Under the pieces are notes generated by a model. The model had not been told where the DNA came from. It was given only the letters and a program-made list of their open reading frames with translations, and did no database searches. This document shows, piece by piece, positions 9,132 through 18,510 of a DNA stretch of 64,000 nt (position 1 is the stretch's first letter; every line of letters starts with the position of its first letter). Both the position numbers and the translations under genes were made by a program. The DNA is from Desulfomonilia bacterium (lineage in GTDB: Bacteria > Desulfobacterota > Desulfomonilia > UBA1062). The DNA lies in contig CAXXDQ010000007.1 in assembly GCA_963664325.2 (NCBI GenBank), positions 480,001-544,000 of the forward strand. Direction: 5' to 3'.

Positions 9132-9898
9132 TAATCCTCGAAGCCGGCAACCTCAATAAACGCTTCGGCGGTCTGCAGGCCGTAGGAGATGTCAGTTTCA
9201 CTGTCAGGGAGGGTACAATCAAGGCGCTTATCGGCCCGAACGGCGCAGGCAAAACCACGCTCTTCAACCTTCTTACCGGCGTGATCCCTCCCGATTCCGG
9301 CAGGATAGTGTTTAATGGACGAGAAATCCAGCGGGCCCATCCCTACATCGTGGCAGAGCTTGGAATGGCGCGTACATTCCAGCATATCAGGCTCTTTTCA
9401 GGAATGACCGCCATCGAGAACATCATGGTAGGTAGGCACACGCACAGCAGGTCTGGTTTTATCTCCTGCATGCTGGGCCTTCCCCCTACGGGAAAAGAAG
9501 AAAAATTCATAAAGGAAAAATCCTTTGAAATAATGAAATTCCTCGGCATCGAGGAACATGCGCATACCAATGCCGCAAGCCTTGCCTACGGCCAGCAGCG
9601 GATAGTTGAACTGGGCCGGGCGCTGGCATGCGAGCCGAAGCTTCTACTTCTTGATGAACCTGCCGCAGGGCTCAACATGAGAGAGACAGCAGAAATGGCA
9701 AAGCTCATCATGAAGATCAGGGATACGGGCATTACAGTGCTTATCGTCGAGCACGACATGAGTCTTGTCATGAACATCTCGGATGAGATACTCGTCTTGA
9801 GCTACGGCCAGAAGATAGCCGATGACATACCCTTGGCGATACAGAAGAATCCCGAAGTTATCAGGGTATACCTGGGGGAGGACGATGCTCAGGCTTAG
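9128..9898 (+). CDS. livG: HAAT ABC ATP-binding protein
   Basis: FGGLQAV, GPNGAGKT, ARTFQ, LAYGQQR, LLDEPAAG. Confidence 0.92.
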   Translation: MIILEAGNLNKRFGGLQAVGDVSFTVREGTIKALIGPNGAGKTTLFNLLTGVIPPDSGRIVFNGREIQRAHPYIVAELGMARTFQHIRLFSGMTAIENIMVGRHTHSRSGFISCMLGLPPTGKEEKFIKEKSFEIMKFLGIEEHAHTNAASLAYGQQRIVELGRALACEPKLLLLDEPAAGLNMRETAEMAKLIMKIRDTGITVLIVEHDMSLVMNISDEILVLSYGQKIADDIPLAIQKNPEVIRVYLGEDDAQA

Positions 9899-10623
9899 GA
9901 ACATGGAATCCGGCTATTCCGGACTTAAGGTGTTGAGGCGGTTGTCCATTCACGTCTCCCAGGGTGAAATCGTCACCATAATAGGCGCAAACGGTGCCGG
10001 GAAAACGACCCTTTTGAAGACAATTGCGGGGCTTATAAAGGCCTCTTCAGGCGAAATCCTTTTTGAGAATTCCGACATCTCGAAGCTTCCGCCAGAAAAG
10101 GTCGTCATGCTGGGATGTTCGCTCGTGCCTGAAGGAAGGCAGGTCTTCGCACCCATGACGGTCAGGGAAAACCTTCTGCTCGGGGCATACCCGCAGTATA
10201 GAAGAAGAAAAAAGCAAAGAAGTCGATGAAGACCTGCGGCGCATATTCACGCTGTTCCCGAGGCTTCTCGAGCGCGAAAAGCAGCTTGCGGGAACCCTCT
10301 CGGGAGGGGAGCAGCAGATGCTCGCCATGGGAAGGGCGCTTATGGCAAGGCCCAAGCTCATCATGATGGACGAGCCTTCAATGGGGCTTGCACCGCTGAT
10401 TGTGAAGGATATCTTTTCGATAATACGCCTTCTCAAGGATGAAGGTAACACTGTGCTTCTCGTCGAACAGAACGCAAAGATGGCCCTGTCCATTGCAGAC
10501 AGGGGCTACGTGCTGGAAACCGGCAGGATCATGCTTGAAGAAAAGGCCCAGGAACTCCTGTCCAACAAGGATGTCCAGAGGGCGTACCTAGGCAGGGACC
10601 TGGATTCGGAAGTCAGGATATAA
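9885..10623 (+). pseudogene. livF: HAAT ABC ATP-binding protein, frameshifted
   Basis: N-half GANGAGKT..VPEGRQVF..ENLLLG stops at 10229. The +1 frame reads [41 protein letters not shown]. The switch fits one extra A in the A6 run at 10208-10213. Confidence 0.85.
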
Positions 10624-10660
10624 GATATGAACCCGCCAATATCATTACCGGGAGGCAGAT

Positions 10661-11947
10661 ATGTATTTTGAACCTGAACAGGAACAGATGGACAGGGAAG
10701 AATTAAAGCAGCTCCAGCTCGAACAGCTTCAGGCTATATTGTCCAGGGTTTACATGCATGTCCCGTTTTACAGGAAAAAGTTCGATGAAATGAAAATCGA
10801 CCCTGACGACTTCAAAAACCTCGACGACCTGAAGAGCCTCCCCTTCACGACCAAAGAGGACATCTCGGACAACTACCCTTACGGCATGTTCGCGGTTCCC
10901 CTGCGTGAGGTTGTAAGGATTCATGCCTCATCCGACATGTCGGCTGTTGTCGGTTATACGAAGAACGACATCAAGACATGGTCGAACCTGGTTGCAAGAC
11001 TTCTCACTGCGGGCGGAGTGACAAAGGACGACGTCGTCCAGATTGCCTACGGCTACAGCCTTCTTACCGGCGGGTTCGGCCTGCACTACGGAGCGGAGAA
11101 GATAGGCGCGTCAGTCATTCCGATTTCAACAGGCAACACTGCGCGGCAGATAAAGATCATGAAGGATTTCAGGACTACGGCCCTTGTCTGCACCCCGGGC
11201 TATGCCATGCATATCGCCGAGACCATCCACAAGTCGGGGACAGGCCTGGGCAATCTGTCGCTCAAGTACGGGCTTTTCGGCGGCGAACCCTGGTCAGAGG
11301 CTACAAGAAAGGAAATCGAGGAAAAGCTCCATATCACGGCAACCGACAACTACGGTCTCAGCGAAGTGATAGGACCGGGTGTGGCATGCGAATGCCTTGA
11401 AAAGGACGGCCTTCATATTGAGGAGGACCATTTCCTTGTCGAAATAGTCGATCCTGTAACGCTTGCCCCTGTAAAACCGGGTGAATCAGGCGAAGTTGTC
11501 ATCACAACGCTCACTAAAGAAGCCTTCCCTGTAATAAGATACAGAACGCGCGACATCTCGAGGCTGCTTCCGGGCCAATGCAAATGCGGCCGGACGATGC
11601 AGAGAATGGCTCGCATCATGGGCCGGACCGACGACATGCTCATAATAAAGGGCGTCAATGTATTCCCGTCGCAGGTTGGGGCAGTGCTTTCCGAAGTGGA
11701 AGGGACCGAACCCAATTATCAGATAATCATCGAGAGAAAAGGCGCCATTGATGAAATGAAAATCAATGTCGAGGTCTCTGAAAGCAGTTTCTTTGACGAA
11801 ATCAAAAAGCATCAGGAACTGATTGAAGAAATCAAAGACAAGATTGCCTCATCCATCGGGATATCGACACTTGTCAGGCTGGTCGAGAAGAAATCGCTTG
11901 GCGAGGCGACCGGGGCAAGGGTAATTGACAAGAGAGGCATATATTGA
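10661..11947 (+). CDS. paaK: Phenylacetate-CoA ligase family protein
   Basis: LPFTTKED, YPYGMFAVP, DNYGLSEVIGPGVACEC, IRYRTRD, GRTDDMLIIKGVNVFPSQ; P-loop atypical. Confidence 0.88.
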   Translation: MYFEPEQEQMDREELKQLQLEQLQAILSRVYMHVPFYRKKFDEMKIDPDDFKNLDDLKSLPFTTKEDISDNYPYGMFAVPLREVVRIHASSDMSAVVGYTKNDIKTWSNLVARLLTAGGVTKDDVVQIAYGYSLLTGGFGLHYGAEKIGASVIPISTGNTARQIKIMKDFRTTALVCTPGYAMHIAETIHKSGTGLGNLSLKYGLFGGEPWSEATRKEIEEKLHITATDNYGLSEVIGPGVACECLEKDGLHIEEDHFLVEIVDPVTLAPVKPGESGEVVITTLTKEAFPVIRYRTRDISRLLPGQCKCGRTMQRMARIMGRTDDMLIIKGVNVFPSQVGAVLSEVEGTEPNYQIIIERKGAIDEMKINVEVSESSFFDEIKKHQELIEEIKDKIASSIGISTLVRLVEKKSLGEATGARVIDKRGIY

Positions 11948-11974
11948 ATAGTCTTCATCTTGAAAGGGGTGACG

Positions 11975-12427
11975 ATGGAAAATGAAACCGTAAACAAAAA
12001 ACGGAAAAAGATTATATTGACTGTCATATTTGCCGTGTTTGTAATTTCAGGAGTCAGCATCCAGTTCCCGAACCTGATCCACGACTACCGGGCAAAAAGC
12101 TTTGTCAAAAAATGGGTCCCGGTATTCACAAACTGCAGATCTCTAAACTGTATCTATACAACCTCCGGCATGAGCCCGGATTTTTTTTACAAAAGGACTT
12201 TTGAAAACGGCGAATGGGTAATTGCCATAAATGCCGATTCATGCAGTGGAGTGGGCGGCTTCAATACCTCCATATTCTACGGCAGTGACGGCGCCCTCTA
12301 TTACCAGACCGGATATAAATACTGCGGCCAGGCCGTTTTCACGAAAGAACTGAACAGCATCAGGGAAAGCGAACTTACTCGATTCTATGACAAGCTCCCC
12401 TACAGGCTTCATCAATGGAAAGGGTAA
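11975..12427 (+). CDS. Hypothetical membrane-anchored protein
   Basis: Basic N-terminus, one hydrophobic helix, then a Cys-containing domain; SD GGGGTG. Confidence 0.7.
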   Translation: MENETVNKKRKKIILTVIFAVFVISGVSIQFPNLIHDYRAKSFVKKWVPVFTNCRSLNCIYTTSGMSPDFFYKRTFENGEWVIAINADSCSGVGGFNTSIFYGSDGALYYQTGYKYCGQAVFTKELNSIRESELTRFYDKLPYRLHQWKG

Positions 12428-12457
12428 GATATAAGCTGGGGCCGGTTAAAAATATTA

Positions 12458-12489
12458 ACGGAGGAACAGGGCTGGCCCCGTTCCTCCGT
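12458..12489. terminator. Stem-loop between convergent genes
   Basis: ACGGAGGAAC...GTTCCTCCGT arms followed by a T-rich tract. Confidence 0.7.
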
Positions 12490-12506
12490 CTTTAATACTC
12501 TTTTAA

Positions 12507-14225
12507 TTATGGAACCTGTACACTCATGCCGCCTTCATTGGCACGTACAAAATCAAGCAGGCGGCCGAAAACCTGGTTGGGTCTGCGGTATGGCCGGTCC
12601 GCCGCGGCAAAGAGCACATCAAGATGGTTGTATCCCTGAAGAAGGGGATCCGTGCGAACCGGAAAATTGATGATCGGGAAGGTGTTCAGGATATCCCCAT
12701 GAAGAAAGTTGAGCCCGTAATTCTTGTTGAATGAAGCTGCCGCAGCCTGCGAATCCAGGCTGATGCGGTTGGTGAAGTACCATTCCATGAAGTTCGACGG
12801 TCCCCGGTACTGGGCAAGTGAAAAGTCCTTGATATCGGTGACTTCTTCCTGCCAGGTGGTATAGGTGAGCTTTCCGGTGGTGTCTCTGTAATCAGGATGG
12901 TCGGCATTGCCGACCTGGTCGAATGGCACCCAGGAATAAAGCGGCCCCGTTCCAAGGGCATCAGCGGGACCAGCATTCCAGGCAATGAATTCGCCGTCCT
13001 TTTTTATAACACTGCCCAGGCCGAGCAGGTCTGCCAGAGAACCTGGAAAATCCTTCTTAACAACGGCCCCGCCCTGGAGGAACCCCAGGCTGGCCTGGAG
13101 GAAGGTGACCGGCTGGAAGTTGTCATCGAGGAAGACACCCAGGAGGGCCTCGTTGGTATAGCGGAAATCATTAAGCGACGGGCTGCCGGACAGATAATGG
13201 CAAAGGCTGCGTGAATGCAGCAGCTTGATCAGGTTCTTTGTTGCCTGTGAATAGTTGACTGTCCTGAAAGTTGTGGCTTCCTCGTCCGGGTGCATATAAG
13301 CGTTCATGGCGAGGATTTCCAGCAGGGCCATGGCCTCTGGCGTCACTCCGGTAAATAGGTTGAGCCGCTTCGCCTCGCCGGTACGGATCTGGTTCAGGGT
13401 ATCGAAGTAGGTTTGCTCGTCCATGGTGCTTGTGCGGGGACCGACATTGCCGTCCAGGCCTATCAGACCTGCGCAGTTCATATAACCCGCATCATTGAGT
13501 GTGGCCGGATTGGCGTCGAAGTCCCATCCGGCAAAGAAGGATGTAAACGTCCCCCCCATGGAATGTCCGCCTATGAAGACGCACTGCCTGCGTGCTTCGG
13601 GTTCCGGAATCTTGGTGGTGATGACAGTCCAGACATCTTTCATCAGGAGTTCGAGACCGAATTCGGAAAGCACGGCCAGGTCGGCATCGCTGTGGAAACC
13701 CTTAAAGGATTCACCGTCAACAGTACCGCCATTGAAGTAGTAGTCGACCGCGATCTGCGGGTCTGAATTATCCTCGGCTGCATTCATGCCCGTTAGATCC
13801 TCCATGCAGTTGCCCCGACGCTCCATGGCCCACACCTCCACGCTGCCCAGGGTATCATCAGCTTCGGCCATGGAAACGATCTGCCGGCCCAGATAATCAA
13901 AGCTGTTGGCCCCTCCCATGTAGCCAGGAATGAGCACAATGACAGCCTTGACGGGCTTGGGCTGAGCTTCCCCTTCCCCGGTCGCAGGACGATAGCGCAG
14001 GAAACGGATATAATCGCAGTCCCAGTCGCACTTGAATTCTGTCGGCACCGAACCGTTGGTGCGTGGATAAGGTGCATAAATCATCTCTTCCTGGACAATG
14101 ACTTTCTGTTCGACGGGTACTATGATCGCAGTTTCTACAGGAGCCTCGGGAACCGGCCCGCCTGGCAGATAACATGACGCGGCAAACAGGAGCACGATAC
14201 ACAAGGTCAATACTATACGTTTCAT
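12507..14225 (-). CDS. Lipoprotein, alpha/beta-hydrolase fold
   Basis: Lipobox-like AASC, IPGYMGG oxyanion loop, GGHSMGG nucleophile elbow, C-terminal YNHLD. Confidence 0.8.
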   Translation of the reverse strand: MKRIVLTLCIVLLFAASCYLPGGPVPEAPVETAIIVPVEQKVIVQEEMIYAPYPRTNGSVPTEFKCDWDCDYIRFLRYRPATGEGEAQPKPVKAVIVLIPGYMGGANSFDYLGRQIVSMAEADDTLGSVEVWAMERRGNCMEDLTGMNAAEDNSDPQIAVDYYFNGGTVDGESFKGFHSDADLAVLSEFGLELLMKDVWTVITTKIPEPEARRQCVFIGGHSMGGTFTSFFAGWDFDANPATLNDAGYMNCAGLIGLDGNVGPRTSTMDEQTYFDTLNQIRTGEAKRLNLFTGVTPEAMALLEILAMNAYMHPDEEATTFRTVNYSQATKNLIKLLHSRSLCHYLSGSPSLNDFRYTNEALLGVFLDDNFQPVTFLQASLGFLQGGAVVKKDFPGSLADLLGLGSVIKKDGEFIAWNAGPADALGTGPLYSWVPFDQVGNADHPDYRDTTGKLTYTTWQEEVTDIKDFSLAQYRGPSNFMEWYFTNRISLDSQAAAASFNKNYGLNFLHGDILNTFPIINFPVRTDPLLQGYNHLDVLFAAADRPYRRPNQVFGRLLDFVRANEGGMSVQVP

Positions 14226-14342
14226 AAGAAACCTCCCTGTTTTGTAATCAAACACTTACAAAGTCATAAAAATAAACTATTGTAATAGTAATAATAGCAT
14301 AGTCTGATGTCAACCTGTTAAGGATTCCCTGGATTTGACGCG

Positions 14343-14371
14343 TTGACAGCAAAGCGATTTAATTATAGTAT
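14343..14371 (+). promoter_or_regulatory. Candidate sigma70 promoter
   Basis: TTGACA-17 bp-TAGTAT upstream of the nucleotidase gene. Confidence 0.5.
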
Positions 14372-14535
14372 AAATCATATTTTGATTTCTGTAATGCACA
14401 TATATTCAAACAGAATGAGGCTCTCAAGGCGTTTTCATTTTTATGTGGAAGTTGACTGGAGTTTTAAGTGTGCATTACGGGTATCAAGCATAAAATCAGC
14501 CTAGGAGGTATGATATGTTCAGTGGGAATTGTATT

Positions 14536-16437
14536 ATGAGGAAACTGTTTATCCTTGCCGTGATCATCATCTGCATCTCTGTTGTACCGGGATGCAAAAA
14601 AGACGGCATCAACGGCAAGCTGACCATTCTGAGCACAAACGACAGCCATTCACATCTTCTAGGGGACCCGGCCGAACAGTATGATCCGGGCGTTACAGGC
14701 GATGGAACCGTCGGCGGCGCATCCAGGGTTGCCGCCGTCATCGATTCGGAACGGCTTGCAAACCCCGATCTGATGGCTTTTTCCGCCGGCGACTTTATCG
14801 ACGGGACCATCATGATCACAGGGGAAACCGGCGCAGCAGACCTCAATATGCTGAAAGACATGGGCTTTACCGCCGCATGTCTGGGCAATCACGAGATGGG
14901 CATGGGCCCCGAAGGACTGGCCGGAATGATCCTTAATGCAAAGAAGCCAATGCTCCCGCTTTTATGCTCCAATTTCAGCTTCAGCCAGGCCGACACCCCC
15001 GAGGGGCATTCCGACGACCTCCTGGAGTCGCTGCATTCAGAAACAGAGCAGCCGGACAAATATGTTTTTGACTACATCGTCCGCCAAACCCCGTCCGGGA
15101 TAAAGGTGGGCATCTTCGGGCTCATAGGCAAGAATGTGCTGATGCCTGACGCCCTGCCCGTGAAATTCAAAATCGATAACCTGAAGATACAGTCCCTGGT
15201 TAACAAGCTGCGCAACACGGAGAAGGTCGACGTTGTCGTATGCCTCATGCATGCTGATTTCTCGGTAGATGGAACCGGAACCGCCAGCGGAGAGGTAGCC
15301 GACCTGGCCAAGAACGTGAGGGGCATCGACATAATCTGCTCCGGCCACTCTCACACACTCGGGACAGCCAATGTGAAATACTGGCTGCCCTGGTGCACCT
15401 GGACCACCACCATTATTGAGGCCAAAGACAATTTCAAATATGTCCATGCAGCAAACCTCTTTGTTGAAAAAGGAGATGTCAACCCAGCCCTCACAGAAAC
15501 ACATATCATAAATGTCGATGATACGATATTAGGGTCCCCGGCGGTCATTGACCGGGAAAACAGCCTTATCGAGGATATCCAGGCGAATTACCTGAGCCGG
15601 TTCCCTGCACTTGGCGACGGCTCTGTCTTTGCCGCGCTGGCGCATTCGGATTTTGCCTTCTCCCGTTTAAATTCCATGAATCTGGTAACGGATGCCATGC
15701 GGAGCATAGCAGGCACCGACGTCGCAGTCTGTACCCCGGGAGTCGATACGGCCTTCATCCAGACGCCTCCAGACGGAACAATCAGCGTATATGAAGCATT
15801 CGCAGCCATGCCCCACAGCATGGGCAGGGACAGCATGCCGGGAGGAGCACTCTATGCCTATAATCTTAAAGGCTCTGAACTCCTGTCTCTCTTCGAGCTG
15901 GGGACTTGCCTGCTGGGCCAGCTGACCAGCGATTTCTTTGTGGTTCCCTCGGGAATGAAGATCGTTTTTGATACCAAGGCGCTTCTGGGCAAACGCGTAC
16001 TTCAGATGTATGCCATTTCAGCCGATGAAGGCACAGAGACGCTCCTGTACGACAGTAAAGACCCCAAATACATTCTAAGGGGCGGGTGGATAGCAGATCC
16101 GCAGAAAAGCTACTCCGTAAGTTCAAGTCTTCTCGTCCTGCAGGGAGTCAGGTACGTATCCAACCTCCTGCCGCTTGTTGATATATGGCCACGGGATGCT
16201 TCTGGGAAACAGGTCAGATGGGAGGTCGTCTCAGACCTGGACCAGTTTGTAGTTCATGGCATCAACCCCTTAACCGAAGAAACCTATGAGGTAAAGGCCT
16301 GGTACGGCCTGTCCCAATGGCTCCTGAATTTGACCGGCGGAGAGATTCCGGCGCGCTTCAATGACGATACGACGATCAACCCCGTCGGGCCGTCCTGGCG
16401 CCGGGTATGGGACGTACAAAAATACGGCCAGCCTTAA
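14536..16437 (+). CDS. 5'-nucleotidase/UshA-like metallophosphoesterase lipoprotein
   Basis: VPGC lipobox; NDSHSH, AGD, GNHE, MH, GHSH metal motifs; divergent C-terminal domain. Confidence 0.82.
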   Translation: MRKLFILAVIIICISVVPGCKKDGINGKLTILSTNDSHSHLLGDPAEQYDPGVTGDGTVGGASRVAAVIDSERLANPDLMAFSAGDFIDGTIMITGETGAADLNMLKDMGFTAACLGNHEMGMGPEGLAGMILNAKKPMLPLLCSNFSFSQADTPEGHSDDLLESLHSETEQPDKYVFDYIVRQTPSGIKVGIFGLIGKNVLMPDALPVKFKIDNLKIQSLVNKLRNTEKVDVVVCLMHADFSVDGTGTASGEVADLAKNVRGIDIICSGHSHTLGTANVKYWLPWCTWTTTIIEAKDNFKYVHAANLFVEKGDVNPALTETHIINVDDTILGSPAVIDRENSLIEDIQANYLSRFPALGDGSVFAALAHSDFAFSRLNSMNLVTDAMRSIAGTDVAVCTPGVDTAFIQTPPDGTISVYEAFAAMPHSMGRDSMPGGALYAYNLKGSELLSLFELGTCLLGQLTSDFFVVPSGMKIVFDTKALLGKRVLQMYAISADEGTETLLYDSKDPKYILRGGWIADPQKSYSVSSSLLVLQGVRYVSNLLPLVDIWPRDASGKQVRWEVVSDLDQFVVHGINPLTEETYEVKAWYGLSQWLLNLTGGEIPARFNDDTTINPVGPSWRRVWDVQKYGQP

Positions 16438-16496
16438 TAGTACGAAACTTCTTCCGGAGGGCAGGAACCGGCTGAGAAACGGCTTCTGCCTTCCAA

Positions 16497-16521
16497 TGTC
16501 TCCTGACTCCTGTCTCCTGAT
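16497..16521. repeat. Tandem heptamer repeat (TCCTGWY)x3
   Basis: TGTC TCCTGAC TCCTGTC TCCTGAT in the intergenic gap. Confidence 0.7.
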
Positions 16522-16525
16522 TTCA

Positions 16526-17470
16526 TCACTTGTCAAATAGCTTCAGGTATTCTCCATACCCCTGCTTTTCCATCTCCTCCCTGGGGATGAATTTCAGTGA
16601 AGCCGAGTTTATGCAGTATCTGAGGCCAGTCGGAGCCGGCCCGTCTTTGAAAACATGTCCCAGATGGGAATCGGCGCCTTTGCTTCTGACCTCTGTCCTG
16701 GCCATAAATCCTTGTTCTTTCTTTTCCACAATATTTTTCTTTTCAACAGGCCTGGTAAAACTCGGCCAGCCAGTGCCCGAATCAAATTTGTCTCTTGAGC
16801 CGAAAAGCACCTCTCCCGAAACTATGTCGACATAGATGCCGTCTTTCCTGTTGTCCCAGTATTCATTCCTGAACGGAGGCTCGGTGCCGCACTGCTGTGT
16901 GACATTATACTGCATCGGGCTGAGCTTGTTCTTCAGATTATCCTTGTTCCAAATCCTGTCTAGCCATGAGTTCCTTCCGGAACCTTCCCTGTACAGCCTG
17001 TACCTGACAGGACATTTTTTCGAATAGCCCTGATGATAGTCTTCCGCCCTGTAAAAGGACGACGCTGGAAGTATCTTCGTTGCAACAGGTTTACCAAGTA
17101 TTCCCATGTTGTTAAGACGTTTCTTTGATTCTTCGGCAAGCTTCTTTTGATTCTCATCCTTATAGAAAACAGCCGTCTGATACTGCTGTCCCCTGTCAGT
17201 AAACTGTCCTGCGGAATCTGTCGGATCAATGTTCCTCCAGAATATATCCAGTAGTCTCTCATAGGTAGTCACTGAAGGGTCAAAAACCACCTCAACCGCC
17301 TCGTAATGGCCTGTAGAACCTGAGCACACCTGTTCATAGGTGGGGTTTGCGACAGACCCTCCTGTGTATCCCGAGACGACCTTTAAAACACCCTTTTCCC
17401 TGCTGAAAGCAGATTCTGTACACCAGAAACAGCCCCCAGCAAAAACTGCTGTTTCAGGATTTTTTTTCAT
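16526..17470 (-). CDS. msrAB: Peptide methionine sulfoxide reductase MsrA/MsrB fusion
   Basis: AGGCFWC, AEDYHQ, GTGWPSF, SHLGHVF, RYCINS. Confidence 0.95.
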   Translation of the reverse strand: MKKNPETAVFAGGCFWCTESAFSREKGVLKVVSGYTGGSVANPTYEQVCSGSTGHYEAVEVVFDPSVTTYERLLDIFWRNIDPTDSAGQFTDRGQQYQTAVFYKDENQKKLAEESKKRLNNMGILGKPVATKILPASSFYRAEDYHQGYSKKCPVRYRLYREGSGRNSWLDRIWNKDNLKNKLSPMQYNVTQQCGTEPPFRNEYWDNRKDGIYVDIVSGEVLFGSRDKFDSGTGWPSFTRPVEKKNIVEKKEQGFMARTEVRSKGADSHLGHVFKDGPAPTGLRYCINSASLKFIPREEMEKQGYGEYLKLFDK

Positions 17471-17625
17471 CCCGGTTATTTCCTTTCCCTCATTTTAGGA
17501 ACAGGCTGCAATAAAAGTAATTGCAGCAGCAATGAGGATTGCTTTATTCACATTTATTCAGTAGGGATTGGAGTTAGAAATCTCAAGGGCTCGGATTACA
17601 GATTCTATTTTCAAGGGTGTTGCTG

Positions 17626-18483
17626 ATGCAGAACAACATTAATCCCAAGGCATTATCGGCCGGCATAGGAGATGCTGAGATATCTTACCTCGACTACGAA
17701 GGCAGCGGGGAGACCATAATCTTTCTGCATGCAACAGGATTCATGCCATGGATATGGCATCCGATTGCAAGAAAGTTTGCCGGAAAATACAAGGTGTTAG
17801 CACCTTATTTCTGCGACCACCGTTCGGCTGACCCTTATGAAGGAGGCCTCGACTGGCTTCAGCTAGCAGATGATTTTACGAAGTTCTGCAATGTACTGAA
17901 TATAAAAAAGCCCTGTCTGGTCGGCCACTCCATGGGTGCAACCGTCATAACGATTGCCTCTGCAGTTTCCGGGCTCGAATCTTCGGGAATGGTGCTGATC
18001 GAGCCTATATTCCTTCCTGATGCCATTTACAAAATGGACTTGAGCGTTGAACAGCACCCCCTTGCCTCAAAATCCATCAAACGCCGCGACGGCTGGGCGG
18101 ATTCTGAAGAGGCTTTTGCCTATCTTAAATCAAGGCCTCTATTCACTAGGTGGGATGATGAAATGCTGCACCTTTATCTCAAGCACGGTATGAAGCCTGA
18201 CGAGGAAGGGCTCAAGCTCACCTGTTCGCCTGTCAAAGAAGCCTCCCTCTTTATGGGCGGCACACATTTCAACCCATGGCCCGTACTTCCCGAAGTCACC
18301 TGCCCTGTTCTCGTCATCGAAGGGGCATTGAGCGAAAACAGAGGCTTTATAGAATATGAAAAGGCGACCAGCCTTTTCCCCAAGGGCAGGTATCTGCTGG
18401 TTGAAGACGCAGGACACTTGATACCTATGGAAAAACCCGACTTGATCGCGGAGAAGATTCAATCCTTTTTCTCTGAAAAATAG
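17626..18483 (+). CDS. Alpha/beta hydrolase
   Basis: FLHATGF, VGHSMG, AGHLIPME. Confidence 0.88.
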   Translation: MQNNINPKALSAGIGDAEISYLDYEGSGETIIFLHATGFMPWIWHPIARKFAGKYKVLAPYFCDHRSADPYEGGLDWLQLADDFTKFCNVLNIKKPCLVGHSMGATVITIASAVSGLESSGMVLIEPIFLPDAIYKMDLSVEQHPLASKSIKRRDGWADSEEAFAYLKSRPLFTRWDDEMLHLYLKHGMKPDEEGLKLTCSPVKEASLFMGGTHFNPWPVLPEVTCPVLVIEGALSENRGFIEYEKATSLFPKGRYLLVEDAGHLIPMEKPDLIAEKIQSFFSEK

Positions 18484-18510
18484 AAGGGATATCTGAAAGG
18501 GGGATTTAAG

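Noticed and set aside
10208-10214. A_AAA_AAG slippery heptamer as a programmed -1 frameshift in livF
   Set aside because: Repair needs +1; the -1 frame gives unrelated sequence and stops.
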